Part shown: piece by piece, positions 40,935-53,063 of the stretch
How positions within the stretch are numbered: the stretch's first letter is position 1
Layout: every line of letters begins with the position of its first letter
Assembly (NCBI GenBank): GCA_036172245.1
Contig: JAYWIR010000010.1
Coordinates: 3,038,001 to 3,102,000 of the forward strand
Direction: 5' to 3'
DNA: 64,000 nt
Source: Raillietiella orientalis
Lineage: Eukaryota
The notes under the pieces: model-generated
The model's database searches: none
Seen by the model: only the letters and a program-made list of their open reading frames with translations
What the model was told of the DNA's origin: nothing
Position numbers and translations under genes: made by a program

Positions 40935-43900
40935 CTGCAAGGGAAAACCTCCGCATTAAGATCTGAGAAGACGAAGATGCAGATTAGGTTTTCGGTCAGG
41001 GTCAGGGTCCCCTGGGAGCGTTCTAGGGTTCTGCATTAGGAGAAATCGCACTGACTTCTGAACTTTGCTCCCCAGCTGCAGTTTCTCGCTGGCTCTCTCG
41101 TCCTCGACCTGCCTGCGGCGCGGAGAAACCAAGGCGGATGGATCGGCCTGGGAACCCAGGCAGATCCATCTACCTTGGCTTCTCCAAGTCACTTATTGTA
41201 GGTCCAGGGAAGCCAGGTGTGCCTGCGTCAGATGCTTCCTTCAGCTCCCCCGAAGGAAGCGCGGAACCTCGCTACGGAGGATAAAGCAGGGATGAGGTGG
41301 AAGGGAACGGAGATGCGCGCGAAGAACCAAGGCCACCGATCCAGCTTGTGGGAGGCAGGGGCGAGATGGATGCGGATGGGAAGAGAGGTAAAGGGAAGCA
41401 TATCCAGGAGGGAGAAATCCAACGCTCGTTTCCCGCTTCTTTCTTGCCACCCCCTTGGCCCACCGATGAGAAGAGGGAGAGGAAGGGAAATATGCTTATT
41501 GCTTCGTCCGTGCGGATTCATCCCGCTACTGCCGAAGACAGTGGTTTGCCTGCTCGCGTCATCATCTCAGCATCTCCGAAATGCTCTCGGAATGCTCCGC
41601 ATCTTTCTTTTCCTGCTCAGCTAAGGATCAGGGACATCCGAAGGCCATCTATATCCACATAAGGAAGAAGACAAGAAGGAAAAGCCTTCCGGCAGAATGG
41701 TGAGGAAGACGACGGGAAGATGCAGAGATGTTGGAGTCGCTTCTCTATGCATCCTTACACAAAGAAGGGGACCATCGTTCTGTTTAGAGTCCCCTGCTCA
41801 AGAAGAAACGCACTGGGAGGAACAGCAGGGCAGCCGCTTTCTCTTTGACCCCGTTTTGTTGCTCGTCTTTCCCACTCACGTCCCCTTTCCCTGCTGCTCC
41901 TGTCCGACTCTCGGCTTCTCCCGGTCAAAGCTCTCGCTACCCAACAAAGCCAACCGCCCCCCCCCCCTTCCTTCCTTGCTTTTGGGCGACCTAGGAAAGG
42001 CGCTCGCTTTCCTCCTAGGAGACCGGGCGAGACCTTGGGAGAAGGGAGCTGCCCTGAGAGAATTCCCCCCTCCGTGGTGGTCCGCACCCGATCGTCACTG
42101 TGCTCTGCCGACCTGCCGCCATCTAGGTCCTCGAGCAAGAGGTAGGAGAAACAAGGAACAAGGGTTAGATGACGTCCTCCCGCTCTCCAGCGGCAGCCGC
42201 TCACGACCACAGACGCTTCGAGGATGCAGACGAACTTGTCGCCTCCTGCCTCGCTCCTTTCGTCACATGTAGATCCTCCGGGATCCGATGGAAGGAGCAG
42301 AGCAGGAGAGGACAAGCCATTCAGGAGGGGGCAGTCGCGGGGCGCTTCAAAACTCCCGCCACTTCCTTCTTTCCCGTTACTGGAACCTAAAGGGAAGAAA
42401 GCAGAAAAGCAAAAGAAGAGGGAAAAAGCAGTATCAGCTGCAGCCTCCCTGTAGCTTTTCTCACAGTAGAAGAGGGCGCCTCCCGTCCGGAGGAAGAGTC
42501 GTCCGGGGGATGCAGCAGCTCTACGAGGTCGCGCCGCGAAGCCCAACAAAACTCCCCCGAGCGAGGTGCCTGCGCGTTGCCTGAGTTTCGCCTCCTCTGC
42601 AGGCGCGTGAGGACGAAGAGGATTTCTCCCGTGCGTTTCCGGTTCGAGAACAGGAGCGATGTTTTCAGTGGAGCGGGAGAGCAGAGCACGTGCACGTGCA
42701 CCTCCGTCGACACAAGACTTGGATTCCTGACGCCCTCCCCCCCCCATCCCCCTTTCGGGAAAATAGGGAGCGTCTAAGGGGCGGAACCGAGACAGAGGAA
42801 ACGCAGAACCCTCTCGAAATCATGAGCGGTCGAAACGTTCGGGCAGATCACTTCGTTAGCTGGTTCGACAGGGACGAAAGATGAGGGGCGCCGTTCATCA
42901 CCCATCTGCGCGGAGCGACTCGCTGGTGACAGCGGCGGCGGCGGCATCGCCAGCTGGCAAGGCGCCCCCACTTAAGGGATCGCCGCCGGCTGTAAGCAAG
43001 CGACCTCCTCGACTCCACTACCGGGGTGATTTCGCTTGCGGCTGGCGATGCGCGTCTCGCATGTAGCCTCTTCCCAGGAAGCCAGTGGGATGCCTCCCTC
43101 AAACGGGAGAAGAGCAGTTTCCCCTTCCGCCCTTGCAGCTCCCGCCGCTTAGCTCAGAGATTTGAGGCTTTCGATCCTTTCCTCTGAGAAGGCGTTCCTT
43201 GATTTGCACTCTTCTCCTGGATTCCGTCCACAAATTGCTCCTCCAGTGCCTGCTGTTTTCGTGCAAGTGTTCTTCCGCACCGGGGTTTTCTCTGTGGCAC
43301 GAGCTTCTGCCGTCCAGAGCATCAAGTCTTCTCATATCAAGCGTCCGGGAGCCGTGTGTACCCTGTACTTCATCATAAACTTTTTTGTTTCGAACACCCG
43401 ACTCGAACGAGGTCGCTGGAGGTGACACTCTTCGCACGCCTCTGTGTGAAATCCACCCCCTCCACTGCCTCCGTGGAATGCATCGTGAGCCTCAGATGTG
43501 GACCATGGAGGCCTGAAATCCAGGCGATCTCTCCTTCTAATCCTTTGCTTCACTGTTGCTACTTCGCTCCACATGGAAGCACGGCTAAAGTATGAAACGA
43601 CCGCAACAGGGATGCAGCGGAGTCACAGGCAGTGCTGGCACTCTCTCCTTGGATTCGATGAACGAGGCAGGCGGAAAAGAACGGATGGGTCAAGAAGGTG
43701 CCGCTCCATTGAAACATCCGGACGGGCTGACGTAGCGTGCCCTTTCAAATAAAATAAAAAGAAAATGGCCGCCGAAGACAGAAAGCTCGTGAATGGAGCT
43801 TCCGATGAACTCACGAATGTGGAAATCCCCTCCTGCCTACGAACGAATCGGTATCAGGGGGCCCGTCGCAAAGTGTCCCCCTGCTAGGAGGAGATCCCGT

Positions 43901-44494
43901 TCTACGCCGCCTGGCATCATGTGCCGACACGCGCTTTGCGGCTCGTGGGGATCATTCGAAAGACCGAATTCATCCACGCGGCGTGCTCAACCCGCGTCGC
44001 CTGTGCGAGCGATGCGCACCCGCCTCATGGCACGCTCATGAGGGATTCCGAGATCACACTCTCATCCACCGTATGGACAAGTCAAGTGAGATTGCCGGAG
44101 GCATCGTAAACTGGTGTCCTGAGACAAGGGGAAGCCACTCAGGAAAACTGAGCTGGTGACCTCTCACCAACCCGTCCTAGGGACGGATCCCAAACTGCGA
44201 CAGGCCCAGATGCTCCTGGGAGGCGGAAGGATGAGGACGCTGGACGTCTCTCGCCCTTGGAATAGCTGATCACGTCCCTACTCATATCTAGATACTCCGG
44301 GAAGTTTATTTATACTTAAAAAAAACTTGCAGTTTCCTTATTCTGGCGGAAGGGAAAGTCATCCAAAGAGTTCAGGGAATCCTGCGAGGAGCAAAGAGGG
44401 AAAGGGAAGGGAAGAAGTGATGGGATTCTGGAGACTGGCAATCGGCTGATGTATCTTTCCAGCTCCTCGAGATCCTTTCTCTCCAGATATGCCC

Positions 44495-45116
44495 ATATGA
44501 TCGCTGCACACTGCAGTCCTTCTTCAAGATAGGGGGGATACCCCAGAAGGGGGTGCGCCCTATCCAGGAAGATCGCCCCATGAATCCAGGAAGGCTCGGA
44601 GTCCGTTCCTCTCACTCTTGGGGAGGGGGATGTCACCTCCCACCCTGGTTTTCTTCGAAAGGGGACCCAGAAGGGAATTCCCCTTCCTCATTCTCTCCGG
44701 AAGGCCCGCCTCGGGAGGGGGATAGTCCTCTCCATTTCATCGTCTCCGGAGGGAACCCGCAAGGGAACCGCTCCTGTTCAATCCTCTGAAGAGAACCCCG
44801 AAGGGACGCTTCGGAAATTCAAAAGGGGCGCTACTGCTTCCCGCAGGGGAATCGCTTTCGCTTGCTTCCTTGCACTCTTCTGGAGAGGCGCCGACTCGGA
44901 GGGTCCCCCCCACAACAGAGGGGAGTCCTCTCCTTTAAACAACTGGAGAGGTGCCTGTGAAGGCTCCTGCTCCATCTTGTCTCGGCCAACCAACGCCATT
45001 GAAGGAGAAACTCGGAACCCAACGACGCAGTGGCGTCAGTTTATACCGGAATATTCGATCTCGCGACGCATGGTGCCACGCGCGGAAGCTGCAACCACAA
45101 AGCCACCGACACGGGC
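44495..45116 (-). mobile_element. SINE-like element, copy C (older, internally deleted)
   Basis: Shared blocks such as tgaatccaggaaggctcggagtccgttcctctcactc, caccctggtt and gaagagaaccc, plus the head gcccgtgtcgg...gtggcacca. Confidence 0.7.
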
Positions 45117-45290
45117 ATTTGTATCTTCAACCTTTCGCTTCTGGTTGTCTTTCGAGTGCCAGGATATCACCATGGCGCGTAGGCAGCACCACAGATGTAC
45201 TCGTATCCGCCTTCGAGGGAGCACCGTTGCGGAAGAGCAGCCTGAATAGGTCTTTCGGGACAAGGTGGGGAAGGAGGCAGGCAGTGTTTC

Positions 45291-45396
45291 AAAATGTGGG
45301 ATTCCTCACGATTTCGCATGTCATCCCTGCGCGTGGCCCATGCTAGTCTTCTTCGTGTAGTCCCAATTTTAGTATATGTACAGTCGAAGCGTTCCC
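45291..45396 (-). pseudogene. U6: Full-length degenerate U6 snRNA copy
   Basis: The minus strand reads GGGAACGCTTCGACTGTACATATACTAAAATTGGGACTACACGAAGAAGACTAGCATGGGCCACGCGCAGGGATGACATGCGAAATCGTGAGGAATCCCACATTTT. This is an ungapped match to metazoan U6, roughly three-quarters identical by manual count against the sequence as I recall it. The ACAGAGA box is mutated and there is no TATA box upstream. Confidence 0.92.
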
Positions 45397-46569
45397 GATA
45401 GAGGCAGGGAAACGCGAAAGACACGAATGCCGAGGATGGATTGCCCGTGTTGTTCCGCCAGAGAAGCACCTACCATGACTGCCTCCTTGCGATCGATTGT
45501 GGAGCGATCTCTAGATCCGTGGAATTCAGAAAACCAGGACGTAACGAGAGAGCCAGAATGCCTGGGAGACGGAAGGAAACGCAGCAGGAAAGAAACGAAC
45601 TCCAGACACTCCCAGCTACCGCAAGACGGGTCATCGTTCTGGCGTCTCGAAAATCCCAGCGCCGTCAGGGGTGGGATGAGGCCAGGTGGATTGCAGAGGA
45701 GGTGGAGAATCCTCGACCCCTTTATCGCCTGGAGCTTCCTTTACGATGCTTTGTACATAACAAACGTAAACTCAAATCGGATGCCTGTTTGAAATGCATT
45801 AGGGTTCGTATTCGTGAATGTACATTCCTTGCAAGAAGCTCTGTACGAGATGGTGAGAGCGCTCTTCGCCATAAACGATCGTATCGTATACGCTGAGATG
45901 CTAGAAAATCAGGATCACGAACGAGCGTGTCTTCTGGAAGCCTTTCTTCTCAAAGAGAAGCACGTACAAGATCAATGAGTGAATCGTCAGAGGAGATCCA
46001 CTGCAAGTTTGAGGTAAAGTTCTGAAAACCTGGCTCCTGGGCCACGATTTCTCCCGGCCTACTACTGTCTCCTAGTTCACGATTAGGAATCTTACGACGG
46101 TCAGGCGCATCTTATAAAGCACGCATCAGCGCTGACTATTCCATGAGGCTCTGTAAATTCCTGAGCTGCACCCTTCAAGGAAAACGAGGCAGAAATGAAC
46201 CGGGAATTCCTGTGCTCCCCTAACGCGAGTAAGCTGCTGATTTAAGGCAGCCTTCTCGTCCCCCTTTATGCAAACGATCCTGCGTGCTCTTCGACCAACT
46301 TTGTAAGCTGGCGGTCCACTCATACCTCCGTCGTACTTCCTCCTCCAGTCGATTTTGACCCAGAACGCACGGGACAGCTGAAAAGAGGCAGGTGAGGATG
46401 CATTCTGTCACCTTTACAGCTGCCTACGGAGCTTTGGAAACGCTTCGCCTTCTCAGGTTTCTTGGAAGAACGTACCTCCCTTTGGACAGATCAAAACGGA
46501 TTTTCAAGAGACGAGAAGTGGTTTCCCACCCAGGCGGTGAGGCATCTTCCCCCTACTTTCTCTAAGCCA

Positions 46570-47480
46570 TCACACATCTTGACGTGACCAGCAAATAATG
46601 AGATCAATCACTTGCAATGAATTTCCTATGTAGCTACAGTGGATACATTTCGCTGCGAAAAGTCGGCTGATGAATGGAATTATCGGCAGCGAGAAGGAAA
46701 ACGGGGAGATGGTGCAGATGCTATCACACCTCGCGAAGCAAAGTCCTTTCTGTTCTACCAAGGTCACTAAGCCTCGGAATATCTTCGTTCTGAAGGATTC
46801 CAAAGAATCTTCTTGAAGCGTGTGGCCACCTCGAAGTATTTTCCAATAAGGCTCTGATTTTCTGCCCGTGCATACTTTCTTTTGAGTGCTTACCAGCCTC
46901 TCTACACTCTCAAATCTCTGTATCGTAGCTGAAACATGATCAATCACGAAAACCGGAGGCTCCTGGTGTGCGAGAAATTTCTTTTCTTCTCTACCCTACA
47001 ATTCTCTTCGAGGTTAAGCAAGCTTCCCTTTCTGACTCCCATCGGACCAGACGTCAGCTATGCTCACCTGTGATCAAAAACAGATAAAAAGGAATGCCCT
47101 ATCTGATTCCGGAAATGACTGACTCCCTTAGCTTCTGCAACGAAAATGTCCGTCATCAAAAGGTTGCCTGCAGACATCGAATGCGACCAAACTAAGATTG
47201 CGTTTGCGAAGTGGATCCAATCGTTTCGCGGCTCCAACGAGTCGAGGAACTCTGAAGATTATCGAGTGTTTACGAGAGCAGCTGTGGCATTGATTTCACT
47301 GAACAGAGGTCACGGGTTCTTTGGATGGATGATCTGTTCATGAAGATGTCTCTGTGCTGCTTCACCCTCATACTCATTGACTGCAGCAAACCGGAATCCC
47401 ACGATAAGAACGAGAGAGGCATTTTGACCCACTTCCTCAAGATATTTGGGACGCTCCGGATGTTCGTTTTCAACTCTCAG
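46570..47480 (-). mobile_element. LINE AP-endonuclease relic (CR1/L2-like)
   Basis: TNIRSVPN, VCRQPF, LITGEHS and VIDHV appear in APE motif order across frameshifts. Confidence 0.4.
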
Positions 47481-47719
47481 CTCCTTCTGGCTTTGCTCTG
47501 GCGACTGGGATGTCAGCAGCAGCCGCAGTGCCCTCAAAGCTGCCTCGCTTATTTGCTGACTGCGAAACATTCACGTGTTCCTCAGTCAGTTATCCCGATG
47601 GATGCACTAGTTTTCTATTCCATGAAACATGGCGGCTATCCGGAACCCTCCTATGAAAACGAAATCATCCCCTCTTTCCGTTCCACAAAAGAAACAATCT
47701 TAAACAACTACTCCCTACG

Positions 47720-48458
47720 GTTTTATTCTCTTTGGTTGCTACGTACTCAAGAACCGTTCCCCGGGGGATCGCAAAGCGCTTCACACTGCCCACGACACCC
47801 GAGGATGCGTATGACTCTTCAATTTGTAGAGGGTACCCCCGGAGACGATCACCCTATGAATCCAGGAAGTTTCTGGAGGAAGGAGTCCTTTCCTCTTATA
47901 CTTGGGAGAGAACTCCGAGAGGTACTCTCACCCTGGTTGTTTTCGAACGGACCCCCGGAAAGGATCCTCTCCTGGAATTTCTTCTCCGGAAGAAACCCGC
48001 AAGGGAACCGCTCCCTGTTTCCTCCTCTGAAGAGAATCCCGAAGGGACGCTCCCAATTTCGCTGAGGGGCACTCCCCAAAGGGAACAGCGCGTTTCTTAA
48101 CACTCTGGAGAGGCGACCCCCCGAGGTGGGGTATGGTATCACCCAGCTCCATGATGAGCAATGGAAAATCCCCTCCCGAGGGGGGTGGTTCCATTTTCCC
48201 AACAGGAGGAACCGGCTCTTCGATTCCCGGAAGGACCCGGGAGGGTCAACTTCCAATCCCGGATGGTCAGTGGGAGTATCCGGTCTCCGGCTTCCACCAG
48301 TGCAGCACCGGAAGCCCATAGGCCAACCAGCGTCGTCTTGCGAGAGGATCTCGAAACCCACGACGCGCTCATTTCTCCACGAGCCTCCACGTGGGGATTC
48401 GAACCCGCGACCCTTGGTGCCAGCGGAGACCTCAGCCACATGGACTCCGACGCGGGTC
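47720..48458 (-). mobile_element. SINE-like element, copy D
   Basis: Head gacccgcgtcgg...ggcaccaagggtcgcGGGTTCGAATCCCcacgtggagg. Body and tail are colinear with copy B. Confidence 0.8.
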
Positions 48459-51400
48459 CATGGAACTCCCCACGGTTGGCTCCAATGTTCCGTTTGCACA
48501 CTCCGCCTATCTCAGAAGCTGCTGCATCTGGGTTGCATTGCGAGATCTGCGTCCACACGACTTGCGAATGCAGTTGGACCAGGCAGCGAAGAGGCATGGG
48601 AAACTTTGATGCTTTCTTAGACGAAACGCGCACGGACGGGTCAGGACTCTCTGCGCGTGAGTTCCCCAGATTCCCCTGAGCACTAAAAACCGAAGGAGCC
48701 CTGGGAACTTCAAGTCAAAAAATATGCCGGCAAACACTCCAAGCTCTCAACTTCATTGGTGCCGTAGGGCACGGACCATAACAAAGACGAAAGGAAATGA
48801 GTGGCACGGTGAGCGAATGGAAAGACGCGGATCCTGTTCTTGTTTTGTTTTGTTTTCGGATGGGGGGGGGGGGGATTTGTCCACTTGGTGGCAGTTTCCA
48901 GAACGCACGCGAAATGTGAAAGACGAGGACAGAAGATAGAGAGCTCTAGCAACTTAAAGCAGGACTCTGCGTCGCTGGAGCGCCATGGCCCCCAAGTGGT
49001 AATGCACTCGTAAGGTGGCACTTGCAGCATCCTCTTCCCCGAGAGTCAAGGAGGGGACGGATCGGATGCAATTGAAAACGGACGGAGGAGCAGCGACCCA
49101 GGCGCGATTGCCCTCCTCGGTGCAGAAACGCGAAGGCGACCTGATCGAAATGACTCTGAGCCCTGGAAACAAGAGGCGAGATTACTAAGAGAAAAAGGGA
49201 AAATGGATGAAGTGCAGGATCCTGGGAAGACCCTCAGGAAGAACACATCCGCCCAGCGTCGCAGGGTTCATGGGGAGACTGCCCGATTCAAATTGCCTCA
49301 GGCAAATAAAGCGCTGCTCCCGCCGGGCAACGTTCCTTGCGAGCTCCTATCGAGCCCGGGACGCTCGGTTGGACTCCACCCGAGCTTGCCCGAGGCAACT
49401 GGACCATTCCGCCATGACTGTGGGAAGAAGGGGAGACAGAACTCCTCCGATTCCCTCCCTGGAAGACGGACGCGCACGTGCATCCTGGAGACAGGGAATG
49501 CGCAAGGATGGTCTCGGGTTCCCGGCAAGCAACGATTCCCGTCCTGGCCTCCTCCACCAGGGAAGAAGCAATAAAACCTCTGCACCTCCTCATCCGCAGC
49601 TGCGGATCGGCCCGAGAGCATCCGGAAACGCGCCCCGTTCCCTTCCTCCTATCTGGGAACCTGGCGAGGATTTCCCGTCTTCACGGGGAGAGTAGCGGCG
49701 CCTCTCCTGCCTGCCACTCCTTTCCGCGGCGCGGCAGCTGCCTCGGAGGCGTCCTCGGCACGGCAGGCTCGCAGCCCGCGAGAGGCAAAGGTTTCCGTAC
49801 AAGGCGGGAGCGACAATTCCACCGAAAGGGGGGAGAACGAAATTCCGGGACTCCTGAGGGCAGGAGCAAACGACCCATGGGAGCATGGAAGAGCGCGGGT
49901 AACCCCCGCGGCGAGGAGTCAGGTCTCTCGCTTCAGGTGGAAGATGGAAGCGGAGGACACGCTGTCGGGTGAAGGAGCGTCATTTCGTCCCGGGGTATCC
50001 CGTCAAGGGAGTGCTGCCGGCGGAATCTGAGCAGGAGGATTTGATCACGAGAGGGGTGAGGGGGAAGGGAAGCGAAATTGACGCCCCTTCGAGAGCATTC
50101 TAGCGAGGTTACCTTGAGAATGCGCGAGTGAGCGCAGTGGAGTCAAGTCCCAGGGAGGCTTCTGTCCACTCCAGAAAATGCGGAAAGGAGGGGAAGGAGA
50201 GGAAGACGTCTCGCCATCTTCAGTCTCTTCAGCTTTGAGAGGGATGTGGCTATGTCCTCTTTGCCCTCCCTCCAATCCCCCCCCCCATCCCGCCCCCATC
50301 GACTTCTCGAAACTTCCGTTACTTCGAGATCCCACGCGGAAAAGCACATGCTGGAAACGGTCGGAGGGAGGGAAGGAGAGGAGGGAAACGGGGCGATCAC
50401 ACGCGAAAGCAATCATCTCGGCTACCCCGGACACGATCAAGTCCGGCAAGGGATCGGAGCTCGTGATGGATTGCCACCGGCGCGGTCGCGGTATCACCCG
50501 TACGGTAGACGCGCACGCGAGGATGCGCAGCGGCGGGTCCGAGGAGCAAGGAGACGCCGCGTGGCTGGTAGCCTCCTTCCCCCCTCCCTTCCCTTAATTC
50601 CCGGGCAGGCGATGCGTCAGACGAGCGGGCATGGGACCCAGAATCCCCTCTTTGCGTGCTAAGAGGGCAGGGCGCATGTTGCCCCACGAGGAGATGCGGA
50701 TGCCGGGAACCCCGCCTCCCGGAGACGCAAGGGGCACAGGAAGAGAGAGTCCCCTCCGTTTTCCGTTCCTCCCTGTTCCTTTGGCTCCGGGTAGCGCTCC
50801 AGAGCGGGAGACGGGCCAAGCTCCACAGGGCACCAAGGGGTTCGGGGAACCGCGCCAAGCCAAAGAACTCCATGGCTGCTGGAAACAGTCCATGTGTCTC
50901 TCGAAGGATAGCTCGCGTGCAAAGGGAGGCTGCGTCCACTGGACATCAGGACGGAGACCCCGGCAAGGTTCCAAATGGTTCCCGGGAGAGTTGCAAGCTC
51001 TTCGCACAGGGCACCGCCAGGATAGCGAAAAGGATCTGTGCGGAAGAACTGCGTGTTCCAGAATGATCAGGATGCTTTCATCTTCACTACGTCCTTCTCG
51101 AGATGCACCCATCAAAGGGTGTCTTCGGGAAGGCGCGAGAACTGATCGAACATAGGTTTGCATCCAGGGAGAAAGTGCTTCAGGAAAGTGTGAAAGAAAG
51201 AAAGAAATTCGCATCAAGAACGAATGCTCATCCCTCTGATTAATCCCTTTCTGTGACCCCTGACCCGCATCCATGGAGGTAACTCATTAGCAAGCACTGC
51301 CAGGGATGATGCATACAATTCTCAGGTTCTCCAACAGTCAGTGCCATTCGATGCTTCCTTGAGAGTGGATTATTGGATTGTTCGAGGGATGGTAGCTGCG

Positions 51401-52225
51401 CCTTCCTCTACATCGGGGATGGAAGCGGATACCAATGCTAACCCGCTTCGGGCTCTTCTTCATTGGTGCTGTGGAACTTTCAAGGTCGCGGGCTGACAGA
51501 AATGCTCTCAGATGGGCCTTCCTCAGCACCCGCCTTCGAAAAGGTCTCCCCGTCTTCGCACAGATCTAACGTTCCAGGGGAAGGGGACTTCATGAACCGC
51601 TCGCGATGATGCAACAAGCATCTGGGATCATTCGATGCGAGAGAGACGGGATTCGCGGCCTCGGAGCTTTTGGAAGAACCGCTGCTGCGGCACGGAGGAA
51701 TGAGATGAGTTGGATTCCAAGCGCAGATGCGATCTATGCATCCTCCGCCACCGCAAAACGCAGAGCAGCTTCCCCCGGCCAAGCTCGGGTCTTCTCCTGC
51801 TCTTCTGCGGAGGATGCGGCGGACAGAATGGAAGGGTGTATAGCACGGTTGTGGGAACAGCATGTCTGGGCGTCGCGTGAACCCAAGCAAATCGCCCCCA
51901 GGGTTCATCTGAGAGAGAAACGATTTCGCACCGCGGCTCCTTGAGATACCGCAGATCACCCGATGATGTGGGATGCGCGAAATTTTCACCGAGTAGACGC
52001 GATCCCTATCACGAGGATGCTGACAGTTGTACGGAGGGAGCGAGCGAGCATCCGTGAGCCGATGCAGGAACACGCGATTCCCGGACACCAGGAGCACTCG
52101 AATTCCAGTAAAATCGATCTGGAAACACTTGCGAAGGGTGCGTTTCCGAACGCTCCGAGAGGTTCCTGAAAGAGCAGTGTAAACAGAGGACGGCACGGAA
52201 CCGAAATGGCGATGTCACTAGGGAG

Positions 52226-52258
52226 GAGCCTCTCGGCCTTTTAGCCAGATCAAAGTGT
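52226..52258 (+). pseudogene. U2: 3'-truncated U2 snRNA retrocopy (about the first 35 nt) flanked by a 13-bp TSD
   Basis: gcctctcggccttttagccagatcaaagtgt matches the U2 5' end (GCUUCUCGGCCUUUUGGCUAAGAUCAAAGUGU). The direct repeat tgtcactagggag occurs at 52213-52225 and 52256-52268. Confidence 0.85.
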
Positions 52259-52310
52259 CACTAGGGAGCTTTCACTAAGTAATGCACACATCCTTTGCAT
52301 GCACACAGGC

Positions 52311-53063
52311 GCCCGCGTCGGCAGTCGTGCGGCTGTGGTCTCCGAGAGTGGCACCAAGAGTTCGAATCTCCACGTGGAGGATCGAAACCTCGAGAAACAG
52401 GTGGTTTCGAGTTTCCCCCACAAGATAACTCTGGTTGACCTACATTCGGGTGAGACATTGGTGAAGTCTGGAAACCCCCGGATGCCCCCGTTGAGTGGCC
52501 GGGATTGGAAGCTGACCTTCCAGGGTCCTTCCCAGGATCAAAGAAGCAGTTCCATCCCGGGTTCTCTTCCGGTTGTGCTCATGGAACCCCCCCCCCTCCC
52601 TCCTCTAGAGAGTCCCTTCATCTCGTGACACGGAACTGGCGGATTGATACCTCTCCAGAGTGTAGGGAAGTGCTCTGCTCGCCTCGGAAACGTCCCGTCG
52701 GAATTCTCTTCAGAGGAGTGACAAGGGGCGGGTCCCTTCCGGGTTCTCTTCGGAGAAGAAATGAGGCGCCACAAACCCGAGGATCCCTCGGTCGGAGAGA
52801 ATAAAAAATCTCTTGGGATTCCCTATGGAGACAACTAGGGTGGACGGGTCCCCTTGGTGGTTCCTTCCCAAGCGTAAGAGGAACGGGCTCCTCACTCTGG
52901 AGTCTTCCTGGATTCATAGAATAGTTCCCTCCTGGGGTACGCTTTAACTTGAAAAGTCAACACGCACGCCACCTTCGGGTGGCGTGGAACAGTGAGAGAG
53001 AGCTCCGTTAGCTGCCAGACGAAAAAAAGTTCTTCAGTACTTAGCGGACCAAAAAAAATAAAA
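52311..53063 (+). mobile_element. SINE-like element, copy E
   Basis: Head gcccgcgtcgg...gtggcaccaagagttcgaatctccacgtggaggatcgaaacc. Colinear body, tail and A-rich end. Confidence 0.8.

Noticed and set aside
41755..42747. 330-aa ORF and other long overlapping ORFs at 39-52 kb
   Set aside because: These are GC-rich, stop-poor intronic stretches open in several frames, with low-complexity R/G/P/S peptides and no motifs.
48385..48458. tRNA-like sequence with a perfect B-box
   Set aside because: It does not form a complete cloverleaf or acceptor stem. It is the head of a SINE copy.
51950..52165. Peptide containing DRVYSVK, reminiscent of Beat LYSVKW
   Set aside because: It lacks the essential Trp and the rest of an Ig fold.
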